Below, piece after piece: positions 41,036-50,736 of a DNA stretch of 64,000 nt; positions within the stretch are counted from its first letter, which is position 1; every line of letters begins with the position of its first letter. The notes beneath the pieces were generated by a model. It had not been told where the DNA came from. It saw nothing but the letters and a program-made list of their open reading frames with translations, and made no database searches. The position numbers and the translations under genes are program-made. This DNA comes from Candidatus Dormiibacterota bacterium (GTDB lineage Bacteria; Chloroflexota; Dormibacteria; Aeolococcales; Aeolococcaceae): assembly GCA_963717185.1 (NCBI GenBank), contig CAVQVY010000024.1, positions 65,057 to 129,056 of the forward strand. Direction: 5' to 3'.

Positions 41036-41920
41036 TCAGACGACCGCCGGCTGCGGCAGCGACTCGATCAGCGTGATCACCTCGCGGGTCAGCTGGGTCG
41101 GCGTGCTCGCCCCCGCGGTGACGCCCACCCTCTGCATGCCCGCGAACCACTCCGGGCGCACGTCGGCGGCGGTGTCGACCAGGAACGCCGGCTTGCCGGC
41201 GCGCTCCTCGACGACCTGGACGAGGCGGAGGCTGTTGCTGCTGCGCCGGCTGCCCACCACCACCACGCAGTCGACGTCGGTGGCGGCCAGCACGGCCGCC
41301 TCCTGGCGCTGCTGGGTGGCGAGGCAGATCTCGTTGTGCACCGCGATGTCGGGGAAGCGTTCGACCAGCCGGTCGATGATGGCCTTGGTGTCCCACATCG
41401 ACAGCGTGGTCTGGCAGGTGACCGCCAGCCGCGTGCCGGCCGGGAAGTCGAGGTCATCGACCTCCTCGATCCGCTCGACCAGGGTGATCGCGCCGGGGGC
41501 GACGCCCAGAGCACCGGCCGGCTCGGGGTGGCCGCGCTTGCCGATGTAGACCACGTGGTAGCCCTCGCCGGTGAGACGGCGCACCAGGTCGTGGGTGCGG
41601 GTGACGTCGCTGCAGGTGGCGTCGACGACGTTGAGCCCGCGGCGCTGCGCCTCGGCGACGACCTGCGGGGAGATGCCGTGGGCCGTGAAGACGACCGTGC
41701 CGGACTCGATCTGGTCGAGGCCCTTCATGCGGTCCGGTGCGTCGACCAGCGCGACGCCGTGCTCCTCGAGCTCGCGGGTGACGTGCTCGTTGTGAACCAG
41801 GTAGCCGAGCATGGTCACCTGCTCGCCCTCGGCACGCTCGCTGCCCACCCGCTTGGCGATGCGGATGGCCTCGACGACGCCGTGGCAGTAGCCCCGGGGG
41901 GTGATGCGGACGACCTCCAT
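41036..41920 (-). CDS. ispH: 4-hydroxy-3-methylbut-2-enyl diphosphate reductase
   Basis: RGYCHGVV, HNEHV, TAHGISP, VDATCSDV and NEICLATQQRQ motifs of IspH/LytB. Intact 294 aa. Confidence 0.9.
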   Translation of the reverse strand: MEVVRITPRGYCHGVVEAIRIAKRVGSERAEGEQVTMLGYLVHNEHVTRELEEHGVALVDAPDRMKGLDQIESGTVVFTAHGISPQVVAEAQRRGLNVVDATCSDVTRTHDLVRRLTGEGYHVVYIGKRGHPEPAGALGVAPGAITLVERIEEVDDLDFPAGTRLAVTCQTTLSMWDTKAIIDRLVERFPDIAVHNEICLATQQRQEAAVLAATDVDCVVVVGSRRSSNSLRLVQVVEERAGKPAFLVDTAADVRPEWFAGMQRVGVTAGASTPTQLTREVITLIESLPQPAVV

Positions 41921-41954
41921 CTCGCGGTCCAGTCTACGCCGGGGGCCGCGATGG

Positions 41955-42935
41955 TCAGGCCGCGGCGTGGTCGAGGCGCACCTGGACGCGCGGGCCTCGG
42001 CTGCGCCCGGTGAGCAGCAGCCAGCTGTACAACGCGGCGCCGACGGCCGCGCCGATGAGCAGCTTCGCCCAGGCGGGCAGGGCCGAGGGCGACACGTAGG
42101 CCTCGAGGAGGCCGGAGATGACCAGCAGCGACGCGCTCCCGGCGGCGAGCCCGAGCGAGCCGAGCGCAGCCCGGCTGAAGGCCTCGCCGCGGCGAAGAAG
42201 ACCGGGGCGGAGGATGGCGTCGCCGACGTACAGGCCGGTGGCCCCGGCGATCACGATGATGCTCAGCTCGAGCACGCCGTGGGGCACGATCAGCGACCAG
42301 AACGCGAGGTCGTAGCCCCCTTGGTGGACGGCCGCAGCGATGGTCCCAAGCATCCAGCCGTTGGCCGCGAGGATGAACAGTGTCGGCAAGCCCGCCAGCG
42401 CGCCGCCGAGGAAGCAGACGGCGGCCACCTTGATGTTGTTGGTGATGATCACCGTGCCCAGGAGCGGTGCGCTCGGCAACGCGCTCACCTGGCCGCGAGC
42501 GAGCTGGTCGAAGCCGGACTGGGGGATCAGCGAGGCCCGCAGGTCTGGACGGAGGTCGACGGCGAGCCAGCCCGCGATCGCACCGGCGAGCAGCAGGCCG
42601 AGGCTGATCAGCACGTAGACGCGCCGCGCCCGGAACGCGCGCGGGATGCCGACGGTGAACCAGCGCACGAAGTCGCGCGGGCGCAGCGGGGGCGAGCGGT
42701 AGAGCAGGGGATGAGCGCGCGCGCAGAGGTCGTTGAGGTAGGTGGCCACACCGTCGTCGGGGAAGTCACGGCGCACGATGGCGAGGTCGCTCGCCGCCTC
42801 GCGGGACAGTGCTCCGAAGCGCTCCAGGTCAGCGGCCGGGATGTCGCGCAGGCGACCGCGCTTGCTGCGCTGCAGCATCGCCTCGAGCTCCGCCCATCTC
42901 TGGCTGCGCGTCGCGACGAACGCGTCGACGGTCAC
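41955..42935 (-). CDS. Stage II sporulation protein M-like membrane protein (SpoIIM family)
   Basis: ITNNIKVAAVCFLGGALAGLPTLFILAANGWMLG...LIVPHGVLELSIIVIAGATG is the SpoIIM-family core. GTG 42935 overlaps the upstream RDD stop (GTGA). Confidence 0.7.
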   Translation of the reverse strand: MTVDAFVATRSQRWAELEAMLQRSKRGRLRDIPAADLERFGALSREAASDLAIVRRDFPDDGVATYLNDLCARAHPLLYRSPPLRPRDFVRWFTVGIPRAFRARRVYVLISLGLLLAGAIAGWLAVDLRPDLRASLIPQSGFDQLARGQVSALPSAPLLGTVIITNNIKVAAVCFLGGALAGLPTLFILAANGWMLGTIAAAVHQGGYDLAFWSLIVPHGVLELSIIVIAGATGLYVGDAILRPGLLRRGEAFSRAALGSLGLAAGSASLLVISGLLEAYVSPSALPAWAKLLIGAAVGAALYSWLLLTGRSRGPRVQVRLDHAAA

Positions 42936-43699
42936 GAGGCCCGAGCCTGCATCTGCAGGTAGAGCCGTTCGAGGAACAGCTCCGGCGGCCACTGCCGCTC
43001 TGGCGCGGCCGGGGGCAGCTGCATGCGGTCGAGCAGGCGCGTGGTCATGTCGAGCGCCAGGCGAGCACGCAGTGGCGGCTCGAGCCCGGGGCGGGTGAGG
43101 AAGGTGCGGATGGCGCTGAGCTCGCGGTCCCCCAGACGGTCCACGCCGTCGATCTCCGGGCCGGCGTCGGGCGTGCGCACCATCACCGGCGGAGGAGCCA
43201 CCACCGCGGCGAGTGAGAGGGTGGGCCGAACGCGCACCACGATGGTGCCGGCAAGGAGGTCGCCGATTCGGCGTGACTGGCGGTTCCAGAACATCACCAC
43301 CACGCCAAGCCCTGCGATGACGTCGATGATGCGCGCGACGTTGCGCAACAGCAGCTGGCCGGCAGTCGGTGCAGCACCCGAGATGTCGAGCACGCGCAGC
43401 TGGCCCGCTGACTTGCCGGGGGTGCGGCCACCGGTGCTCACCTCGCACAGGGTGAAGTAGCCGATGTACACGAACAGTGTTGTTCCAGCGGCCGCCAGGC
43501 CGGCCAGGACCGAGTCCCGCGTGTCGGTCTGGCTCAGGGCTCCCAGCACACCGATGTTGACGATGAACGCGATGACGCCAACGATCAGCGAGTTGAGGAG
43601 CTGCGCGATGAACCGGCTGCCCAGCCCCGCTATGTCATAGCCGATGCCGACGTTGTCCGAGGTGCTCACTCTGAGCACGTCGTGCGAACCGGTGCCCAT
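42932..43699 (-). CDS. RDD family membrane protein with C-terminal soluble extension
   Basis: GLGSRFIAQLLNSLIVGVIAF...RTPGKSAGQLRVL...RIGDLLAGTIVV RDD pattern. Co-transcribed with the SpoIIM-like gene. Confidence 0.75.
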   Translation of the reverse strand: MGTGSHDVLRVSTSDNVGIGYDIAGLGSRFIAQLLNSLIVGVIAFIVNIGVLGALSQTDTRDSVLAGLAAAGTTLFVYIGYFTLCEVSTGGRTPGKSAGQLRVLDISGAAPTAGQLLLRNVARIIDVIAGLGVVVMFWNRQSRRIGDLLAGTIVVRVRPTLSLAAVVAPPPVMVRTPDAGPEIDGVDRLGDRELSAIRTFLTRPGLEPPLRARLALDMTTRLLDRMQLPPAAPERQWPPELFLERLYLQMQARAS

Positions 43700-43808
43700 C
43701 CGTGCATCGTGTCACAGGGCGTCGTCCCATGCAGGAGGCGCAACGGGTCCGCGTCACCGCGCGTACCATGCGGCGGTCGGGCCGCGGGGCCCGGTTCGGG
43801 AGGCAGTG

Positions 43809-44021
43809 ATGGCCGAGGTCAAGGCGGAGCTGGTCGGCAACCTCTGGAAGATCGTCACCGAGGTCGGGCAGGCGGTCGAGGAGGACGACACGCTGATGAT
43901 CCTCGAGTTCATGAAGATGGAGATCCCCATCACCTCGCCGGTCACCGGGACCGTCAAGGAGATCCTCGTGAAGGAGGGCGACGTCGTCCAGGAGGGGCAG
44001 ACCGTCGCGGTCGTCGAGTAG
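43809..44021 (+). CDS. 70-aa biotinyl (biotin carboxyl carrier-like) protein, TB7.3-type
   Basis: MILEFMKMEIPITSPVTGTVKEILVKEGDVVQEGQTVAVVE carries the MKM biotinylation motif and is close in layout to the mycobacterial 7.3-kDa biotinylated protein. GGGAGG Shine-Dalgarno. Confidence 0.8.
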   Translation: MAEVKAELVGNLWKIVTEVGQAVEEDDTLMILEFMKMEIPITSPVTGTVKEILVKEGDVVQEGQTVAVVE

Positions 44022-44047
44022 CCGGGGCGGTCTTCACCCCCGCCGCA

Positions 44048-44075
44048 GGGAGAGGCCGCTCGCGCGGCCCCTCCC
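44048..44075. terminator. Hairpin between convergent genes (12-bp stem, one mismatch)
   Basis: GGGAGAGGCCGC (44048-44059), loop TCGC, then GCGGCCCCTCCC (44064-44075). Confidence 0.45.
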
Positions 44076-44107
44076 CATATGGCGGTTGGTCCTGTCAGCT
44101 GCTCGCG

Positions 44108-45754
44108 TCAGCTTGGCGTGCAGGAGTTGTTGATCGGTCCGCTGTTGAAGTTGTTGGCCCGGACCTGGGTGGCACCGCCACCTCCCGCTACCCAGACCAC
44201 GTACTTGTAGAGCGGGCCGTACTCGGCCGCAGAGCTGCCGCCGAAGTTGTTGCCCTGGCCGAAGTTGGAGCCCTCGGCGAACGTGCAGTTGTTCAGCCGC
44301 GTGTAGTACGGGTAGAACACCGCCGAATGTCCGTCGTCGGTCTTGGGCGGGTTGGTGCAGCCGTTGCCGATCCCGGTCCCGAACCGGACGCAGTTGCCGC
44401 CGAGGTCAGCTGCCTCGATGCGGGGCAGGTCTGTCTCGAAGGCGAACTGCGAGTAGGCCGTGGTGTATGACGACCCCGTCAGCGGCGCGCTGAAGTCGAT
44501 CGGGGTCGGCTTGGTCGACGGTGAGGTCAGGCTGGACGCGTCCGGCCAGAAGCTCAGGTGGTACGACACCCCGTCGAAACCGGGGGCATTGCTGTCCGTG
44601 CACCCGGTTGCCGGGTACTTCAACGCCTCTTCGGACGGGAAGCAGAAGTTGTCGTCGCCGTCCGCTGCCTCCTGGTCACCGGTGACGCCCTCCTGGCCGT
44701 CGCAGCTCGCGGTCGGCGAGTTGGCGTCGATGTGGGTGCAGAAGTCGAAGTGGCCGATCTCGTCCGAGTACGCCACGTTGTAGCTGTGCGCCGCCCAGAG
44801 AACGCGGGTCTGTGGGCTGGACGTCGAGTACATCGGGTGGAAGTTGTAGTCCTGCTCGGTGCAGCCTGAGCCATCCGGCGCGTAGACGATGTGGCCGAAG
44901 TGGTTGGCCGCGCTCGCCACCATGACACCGGTCTGGCCCGTGGTCGAATCAGTGACCGTGGTCTGGAGGCCGTTGGCGGTGTCGTGCAGGTTGACGGTCG
45001 CGTGGTCACCCCCGTTGAGGAAGAAGGTGTTGGCATTGCGAGGGTTGCCCGACGTCGTCGGGTCGAACTCGAGTGGGTTCGGTGGGCCGAGCGGCGTGCC
45101 GTTCAGGGTGAGGAACGCGAAGTTGACGTACTCCACTCCACCGAGGAGCTGGGACTGACAGGTGGGGTTGAGGACCTGCCCAGTGAACGGGTTCTCGGAA
45201 AGGCTGTCGATGTTCAGCGCGACGCACCACCTGGTCGGGTCGCAGCTGGAGCCGGCGAACTGCGGGATCCACCCGGGCGGGTAGAACTGCAGCTCCTCGA
45301 ACGCCACCCCCGGAGCGAAGTTGTTCTTGCTGGGGTCCACGATGTTCAGGTCGCTGTCAGGGGTGCACGCGTTGTTGGTCTCCGGGTAGGAGAACGTGTC
45401 GCAGATGGCCATGCCGAACCAGAAGGCGGGATGGAGCTCGAAGTCGTACCCGTTGGTCTTCGAGAACCCGCCGGCGGGCTGCTGCGGGATGGTCAGGTTG
45501 TACTGCATCCGGTTTCCCGAACCGGGAACGTTCGAGTAGAAGAGCGTCGACGGCTCGTCGTGGCCGACGTACTTGCTGGTTCCGAACGCGGTCTGCGGGT
45601 CCTGGACCTCGGCACAGAGGTTGTGGCCGGTGCCGGCGCAGCTGGGCTTGGGTCCATACGTCTCCGCGCCCGCGGGCTTCGCAATCGTCACCAGGGTGCC
45701 GGCGACGAGTTCCAGGACCGCACCGGCACTGAGGATCGATCGAAGTCGTTTCAA
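44108..45754 (-). CDS. Secreted Cys-rich protein of unknown function (548 aa)
   Basis: Signal peptide MKRLRSILSAGAVLELVAGTLVTIAKPAGA and at least 20 Cys in the mature part. TTG start preceded by a GGGAGGAGGA Shine-Dalgarno. Intact, with visibly lower GC than its neighbours. I recognise no family. Confidence 0.7.
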   Translation of the reverse strand: MKRLRSILSAGAVLELVAGTLVTIAKPAGAETYGPKPSCAGTGHNLCAEVQDPQTAFGTSKYVGHDEPSTLFYSNVPGSGNRMQYNLTIPQQPAGGFSKTNGYDFELHPAFWFGMAICDTFSYPETNNACTPDSDLNIVDPSKNNFAPGVAFEELQFYPPGWIPQFAGSSCDPTRWCVALNIDSLSENPFTGQVLNPTCQSQLLGGVEYVNFAFLTLNGTPLGPPNPLEFDPTTSGNPRNANTFFLNGGDHATVNLHDTANGLQTTVTDSTTGQTGVMVASAANHFGHIVYAPDGSGCTEQDYNFHPMYSTSSPQTRVLWAAHSYNVAYSDEIGHFDFCTHIDANSPTASCDGQEGVTGDQEAADGDDNFCFPSEEALKYPATGCTDSNAPGFDGVSYHLSFWPDASSLTSPSTKPTPIDFSAPLTGSSYTTAYSQFAFETDLPRIEAADLGGNCVRFGTGIGNGCTNPPKTDDGHSAVFYPYYTRLNNCTFAEGSNFGQGNNFGGSSAAEYGPLYKYVVWVAGGGGATQVRANNFNSGPINNSCTPS

Positions 45755-46022
45755 AGGGGATTCCTCCTCCCAGTTCCATTCCGGTGCTGCCCGCGTGCAG
45801 CGCCGGTCAATTCACTTGTGTCATCTCACGGGATGCGCACAGGTGGAGGAGGTCCGCGCTCCTGGTCGGAGACGGTGGACTGACCCATCCTTTCTCCCAG
45901 CCCGGTTGGCTCGGCTGGCGACTATGGCACTTTCGAACGGCAGGCGCAATTGGACCTTTCGGTGGGCATGAAGGGGCGTACGCGCGTTCGGTCCGCCCCC
46001 CGGTACGCGTCCCCGCACAGCC

Positions 46023-47592
46023 TCAGACCGGCGGCACCCCGTGCTTGCGCCAGGCGCGCTCACGGTGCTTGGTTGCGGCGGCGTCAAGGGCGTTGCAGAT
46101 GACCAGCCGGGTCTCGGCGGGCTCGATGATGTCGTCGACCATCGCCCAGCCGGCGGCGACGTACGGATCGATGGTGGCGCGGACGGTCTCGACCAGCTTG
46201 GCTCGCTCCGCCTCCGGATCCTCCGCGGCCGCGACCTGCTTGGTGAAGATGATGTCGACAGCTCCCTCGGGGCCCATCACAGAGATCTCCGCGCCCGGCC
46301 ACGCCACCAGCGTGTCGGGCTCGTAGCCCCGACCGCACATCACGTAGTACCCGGCGCCGTACGCCTTGCGGAGGATGACGGTGACCTTGGGCACGGTCGC
46401 CTCGCTGACGGCGTAAAGCATCTTGGCGCCGTGGCGGATGATGCCCTGCTTCTCGACCTCGGTGCCGACGATGAAGCCGGGCACGTCCTGGAGGAAGAGC
46501 AGCGGGATGTTGAACGCGTCGCACAGGGTGATGAAGCGCGCAGCCTTGTCGGCGGCGTCGATGTCGAGCGCACCGCCCTTGTTCATCGGCTGGCTGGCGA
46601 CGATGCCGCAGCTGCGCCCGTCGAAGCGAGCCAGCGCGGTGACGATGTTCTTCGCCCAGGTCGGCTTGATTTCGAGGACATGACCGTCATCGACGAGGCG
46701 CTTGATGACCTTGCGGACGTCGTAGGCCGCGCGCGGTGACAGTCGGCACCAGCTTGGCGAAGTCCTCGACGCGCCGGTCGCGCGCGTCGTCGGTCTGCCG
46801 GCGCGGCGGCTCGTCGCGGTTGTGCGAGGGCAGGAACGAGAGGAATTCGCGGACCGCGGCGATGCAGGCGGCGTCGTCGTCAACCTCGAGGTCCCCGACT
46901 CCGCTGATGTAGCAGTGGACCTGGCTGCCGCCCATGTCGTGGTCGGTGGTCTCCTCGCCGGTCGCGGCGCTTGCACCAGCCGCGCTCCGCCCAGCGACAT
47001 GCTGCTCGTCTCCTTGACCATGGGCACGAAGTCGGCCAGTCCCGGGATGTACGCGGTGCCGGCCGCGCAGGGGCCGAGCATCGCGGCCACCTGCGGCACC
47101 ACCCCGCTCATCTGCACCTGTTCGTAGAACAGCGCACCGCTGCCGGCGAAGGTGCTCCCCGCCGCCTCCTGGATGCGCGCGCCCGCGGAGTCGAGCAGCC
47201 AGACCATCGGGAGCCGGTTGAGCAGCGCCTTGGCGCGCAGGCGTGCCACCTTCTGCTCGCCGATCATGCCCATCGAGCCGGCCATCACCGTGAAGTCGTA
47301 CGCGGCGCAGTACACGCGCCGTCCATCGACGAGGCCCTCACCGGTGACCACGCCGTCGGCGGGGGTGCGGTCCGGGTCCGTCTGCGCCACGTGCAGTCGA
47401 ATGCTGGTGCGCGAGCAGCCCGGACTCGACGAAGCTGCCGGCGTCGAAGAGCAGCTCGATGCGCTCGCGCGCGGTCAGCTTGTTGCGGCCGTGCTGCTTG
47501 GCGATCGCCTCGTCGCCGCCCATGGCGCGGGCGCGGCTGCGACGCTCCTCGAGGGCTGCGGCGAGGTCGTCGAGGGTGCGCTCGTCAGCCAT
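46023..47592 (-). pseudogene. pccB: Acyl-CoA (propionyl/methylmalonyl) carboxyltransferase beta subunit, at least three frame breaks
   Basis: The N-terminus (KQHGRNKLTARERIELLFDAGSFVE) is in ORF 47338-48096. The core (YDFTVMAGSMG...LLDSAGARIQE; ...DIDAADKAARFITLCDAFNIPLLFLQDVPGF) is in ORF 46023-47390. The middle part (MGGSQVHCYISGVGDLEVDDD...) is in ORF 46687-46935. Confidence 0.85.
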
Positions 47593-48377
47593 CAGCGACC
47601 GCGGAAGTTCGGTGCGCGCTTCTCCAGGAAGGCGGTGACGCCCTCGCGGAAGTCCTCGGTCATCGACACCACCGTGAGCTGCGCCTGCAGGTAGCGCAGC
47701 GCGCTCTCGTAGTCGAGCGAGTCGGTGGCATAGAACGCGTCGCGACCGAGGTGCATGATCAGCGGGCTCCACCCGGCGATCTCGGCGGCGAGCGCATGGG
47801 CGCGCTCGCGCACCTCCGCCGCCGGCACCACCCTGTTGACGAAGCCCCATTGCAGGGCGGTGGCCGCGTCGATCCGCATGCCCGTCATGAACAGCTCGAG
47901 CGCGCGCTTGCGACCGAGGTTGCGGGTGACGATCGACATGATCATCATCGGCCACACCCCGACCTTGATCTCCGGTGTGCCGAAGGTCGCGGTGTCCGCG
48001 CTGACCAGCAGGTCGCAGCACAGCGCCAGCCCGAAGCCGCCGGCGAGCGCGTGGCCGTTGATGCAACCGACCAGCGGCTTGCCGAGCCGCTGGCACGCGA
48101 GGAACAGCTCGACGAAGTCGCCCCGCGCAAGGTGGCGCTCCACCTCGGTGGCGTCGGCGGCGAAGCTGGAGAGGTCGGCCCCGGCGCAGAACGCCTTGTC
48201 CCCGGCGCCGGTGAGCACCACCGCGCGCACCGACGGTCCGTCCGCGGCGTGCTGCAACGCAGCCGTGAGGTCGGCGACCATCTGAGGGCCGAGGGGATTG
48301 CGCTGCTCAGGCCGGTTCAGGGTGATCGTCGCGACTCCATCGTCGCCGGCCTCGTAGAGCGCTTCGCGCAACTCCAT
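47592..48377 (-). CDS. Enoyl-CoA hydratase/isomerase (crotonase) family protein
   Basis: TLNRPEQRNPL, VVLTGAGDKAFCAGADL and INGHALAGGFGLALCCDL motifs. 261 aa starting at ATG 48377. Confidence 0.85.
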   Translation of the reverse strand: MELREALYEAGDDGVATITLNRPEQRNPLGPQMVADLTAALQHAADGPSVRAVVLTGAGDKAFCAGADLSSFAADATEVERHLARGDFVELFLACQRLGKPLVGCINGHALAGGFGLALCCDLLVSADTATFGTPEIKVGVWPMMIMSIVTRNLGRKRALELFMTGMRIDAATALQWGFVNRVVPAAEVRERAHALAAEIAGWSPLIMHLGRDAFYATDSLDYESALRYLQAQLTVVSMTEDFREGVTAFLEKRAPNFRGR

Positions 48378-48403
48378 TGCTGCGGACCCGGGGTGACGCC
48401 CGG

Positions 48404-49282
48404 CTAGCGGGCGACGCCGATGATGCGGCCGTCGACCCAGCCGGTCCAGCCGTTCGAGCACAGCACGTGCGCCCAGGCTCCACGCACCTCGGTGATCTGG
48501 ATCGGGAGACCGCCGCCGAGCGTGGCGACCACCGCGCCGTTGGGGTCCGGGGCGGCCCAGGCCTGCATCCCCTGCGGCGGCACGGTGTGGGTGGGCGCGA
48601 ACGCCGCGGACGCGGGCTGGGACTGCGGTGCCGGCTGGCCCGTCAGCGGCGAGTAGCCGCCGGGCGTCGCCGACGGCGTCGGCGCGGGGCTGAAGCTCGG
48701 CGTGGGCAGCGACGACGGCAGCGGCTGCGAGGCTCCGGCGGACCACGGTTCGGGCTGCGTGGTCTCCACCGCGGTGGCGGCAGTCGGGAAGCCCTGGCCG
48801 ATATCACCGGCGGAAGGCAGGGCAGATCGTGAGTACGCGTCCGTTCGCGTGCCGGCGGCAGTGTCCTTGGCGGCAAGGCCGTCGACCAGGGCGCGCGTCT
48901 TGGCGACCTCGGCGACGGCGCGGATCAGGGCGTGCTTGCTGAACCCATCGGTGTAGACGTAGGCAGAGATCAGCGTGCCGTCATCGGTGGTGTCACCGTG
49001 CACGGACGCCGGACGCGAGTCGAGCAGCGAGCGGATCTCGTCCGGCGCAGCCGTCGACGTCGAGGTCGAGGTGATGGTGACCCGGTCGGAGCCCTGGTCC
49101 AGGCGCACGTCGACGGGGACCGTCCCGGCCGCACCGTGGGTGGTGGAGCGCAGCCCGAGGACGAAGTCAGCGCCCGGCTCGGACCGGTCCTCCACGAGCT
49201 GCAGGTCGGTTCCCTGGTTGGACCACCCGGTGATCGCGGACTTGATCTCGTCAGGTGTCATCGGTGGGGACTCCATGTGCAC
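48404..49282 (-). CDS. Hypothetical protein with C-terminal SH3b-like domain
   Basis: N-terminal globular domain, a long Pro/Ser/Thr linker, and a C-terminal segment MQAWAAPDPNGAVVATLGGGLPIQITEVRGAWAHVLCSNGWTGWVDGRII typical of bacterial SH3 domains. Confidence 0.55.
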   Translation of the reverse strand: MHMESPPMTPDEIKSAITGWSNQGTDLQLVEDRSEPGADFVLGLRSTTHGAAGTVPVDVRLDQGSDRVTITSTSTSTAAPDEIRSLLDSRPASVHGDTTDDGTLISAYVYTDGFSKHALIRAVAEVAKTRALVDGLAAKDTAAGTRTDAYSRSALPSAGDIGQGFPTAATAVETTQPEPWSAGASQPLPSSLPTPSFSPAPTPSATPGGYSPLTGQPAPQSQPASAAFAPTHTVPPQGMQAWAAPDPNGAVVATLGGGLPIQITEVRGAWAHVLCSNGWTGWVDGRIIGVAR

Positions 49283-49355
49283 AGATTGGGAATTGCGCCA
49301 GCCCGCGGACTATACGGCGGAGGCGGCGCTGGAGGCCTGCCGGCACCGGCTCGCG

Positions 49356-49679
49356 CTAACCCGCACCCCGCCTCTGCGACACACCGACCGCCGTCACCGC
49401 GGCGCTGCCGATCCCCGCGACGATGAGCGCGACCGCCACCAGTACCCAGAGCAGGCCACCGCGGGTCAGCAGCAGCACGGCGAGAAGGACGGAGACCACC
49501 GTGTAGCAGCCCGCGAGCAGCAGTGTCCCGGGGGTGACCCACGCGCTGCGCAGCGACAGACCGCCCGGCCGCGAGAGCATCAGACCCATGAACATGTCGG
49601 CAATGGCGAGCACCGGGGTCATGCCACGGGCGGCCGGCGGCACCGGTCGAGTTGGCACTGCGGTGAACCGGTTGGGCAT
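49356..49679 (-). CDS. Small three-TM membrane protein (hypothetical)
   Basis: The hydrophobic 107-aa C-terminal part of ORF 49356-49958. Start set at ATG 49679. Confidence 0.4.
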   Translation of the reverse strand: MPNRFTAVPTRPVPPAARGMTPVLAIADMFMGLMLSRPGGLSLRSAWVTPGTLLLAGCYTVVSVLLAVLLLTRGGLLWVLVAVALIVAGIGSAAVTAVGVSQRRGAG

Positions 49680-49714
49680 GCGCCGAGCATAGGGCCGGTC
49701 CGGCGGCGGCCCGG

Positions 49715-50464
49715 TCACGAGCTGGGATAGATCTTGATGTGCCACACGCAACCCGGTGAGACGGTGGTGACACGCAGCTGGTAGCTGCCCCCGGTGGCCA
49801 TCGCGACCGCGCCGCCGTCGACCCAATCCCCTGGCTCGGTGGCCGTGTCCGGCCCCTGGCCGCCGCCGGGGACCACCTCGGTGACCGTGAGCACCGTGTT
49901 CATCCCGCTCTGGCCCGACGAACCCACCGGGCAGCTGTCGGCGATGCCCAGGCTCCACGTGTTGTTGGTCAGGAACCTCGCCGTGCCGGGAGGGATGGTG
50001 GCGTCCCCGCCGCCGCAGAACTCGAGCGCTGTGGCCGCGGACTGACCGCTGCCAGGCGGGGCCGGGTTGCCCAGCTGGTGCTGGCCGGTCGGGGTGGCGA
50101 CGGGGCAGGGGGCCACGCCCACCGGCGCGGTCACCGGGGTCTGCACCGGGGCCGACGTCGCCGGCAGCGGCGTCGGCGTGGTCACAGCCGTCGGTGAGGA
50201 CGACGCTGACGGGGTAGCCTGGGGCACCTTGGTGATCGACACGGTCCTGCCGTTGAAGATGAAGTAGCCGGCTGCCCCGCCGAGGATGATGCCGACCACG
50301 AGGCCGATGACGAGCATTCGAAAGGGACTGAAGCGACGCTTGCGCGCGACGGCGGGCGGGGTCGCCCTCGGCGCCGGCGCGGGCACCGTGGAGCCGCCGG
50401 GGTATGGCGGCGGCGGCGGCGTTCCGCCCGGTGGGGTGTCTCCAGGGCCATCGGAGGGCGTCAT
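49715..50464 (-). CDS. Membrane-anchored extracytoplasmic protein with Pro-rich cytoplasmic N-terminus
   Basis: MTPSDGPGDTPPGGTPPPPPYPGG..., a single TM (MLVIGLVVGIILGGAAGYFIF), a Thr/Pro linker and a Cys-containing C-terminal domain. Confidence 0.5.
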   Translation of the reverse strand: MTPSDGPGDTPPGGTPPPPPYPGGSTVPAPAPRATPPAVARKRRFSPFRMLVIGLVVGIILGGAAGYFIFNGRTVSITKVPQATPSASSSPTAVTTPTPLPATSAPVQTPVTAPVGVAPCPVATPTGQHQLGNPAPPGSGQSAATALEFCGGGDATIPPGTARFLTNNTWSLGIADSCPVGSSGQSGMNTVLTVTEVVPGGGQGPDTATEPGDWVDGGAVAMATGGSYQLRVTTVSPGCVWHIKIYPSS

Positions 50465-50643
50465 CGGGTGATCCTCGGTGGTGTGCCCGGCGCAGTATGC
50501 CGGGCCGGCCATGGGGTGGTCAGCGTGAGTGGGTGCTTGGGGGAAAACTCCACATCATCACTGTCATAAGGTGCTACAGTGCCCGCGAAAGCGGCGCACC
50601 AGCTGCCCCGTGCGATCGGGCGTGCGCCGCCAGAGGGCACAAC

Positions 50644-50727
50644 ATGCTGACCATCATCCTCATCGTCCTCGTCGTGCTGCTGCTCTTCGGTGGCGGCGGC
50701 TACTGGTACCGCGGCCGCGGGGTCTGA
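50644..50727 (+). CDS. 27-aa hydrophobic micropeptide (MLTIILIVLVVLLLFGGGGYWYRGRGV)
   Basis: ATG 50644, one TM helix followed by an aromatic/basic tail. It sits behind a structured leader. Coding status is unproven. Confidence 0.3.
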   Translation: MLTIILIVLVVLLLFGGGGYWYRGRGV

Positions 50728-50736
50728 GGCAGCCTC

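Noticed and set aside
45755-46022. A known riboswitch in the 268-nt leader of the secreted orphan gene.
   Set aside because: I could not match conserved cores of the classes I considered (c-di-GMP, fluoride). Only short, ambiguous GGGG/CCCC pairings were found. It is kept as an unexplained leader, not called as an RNA element.
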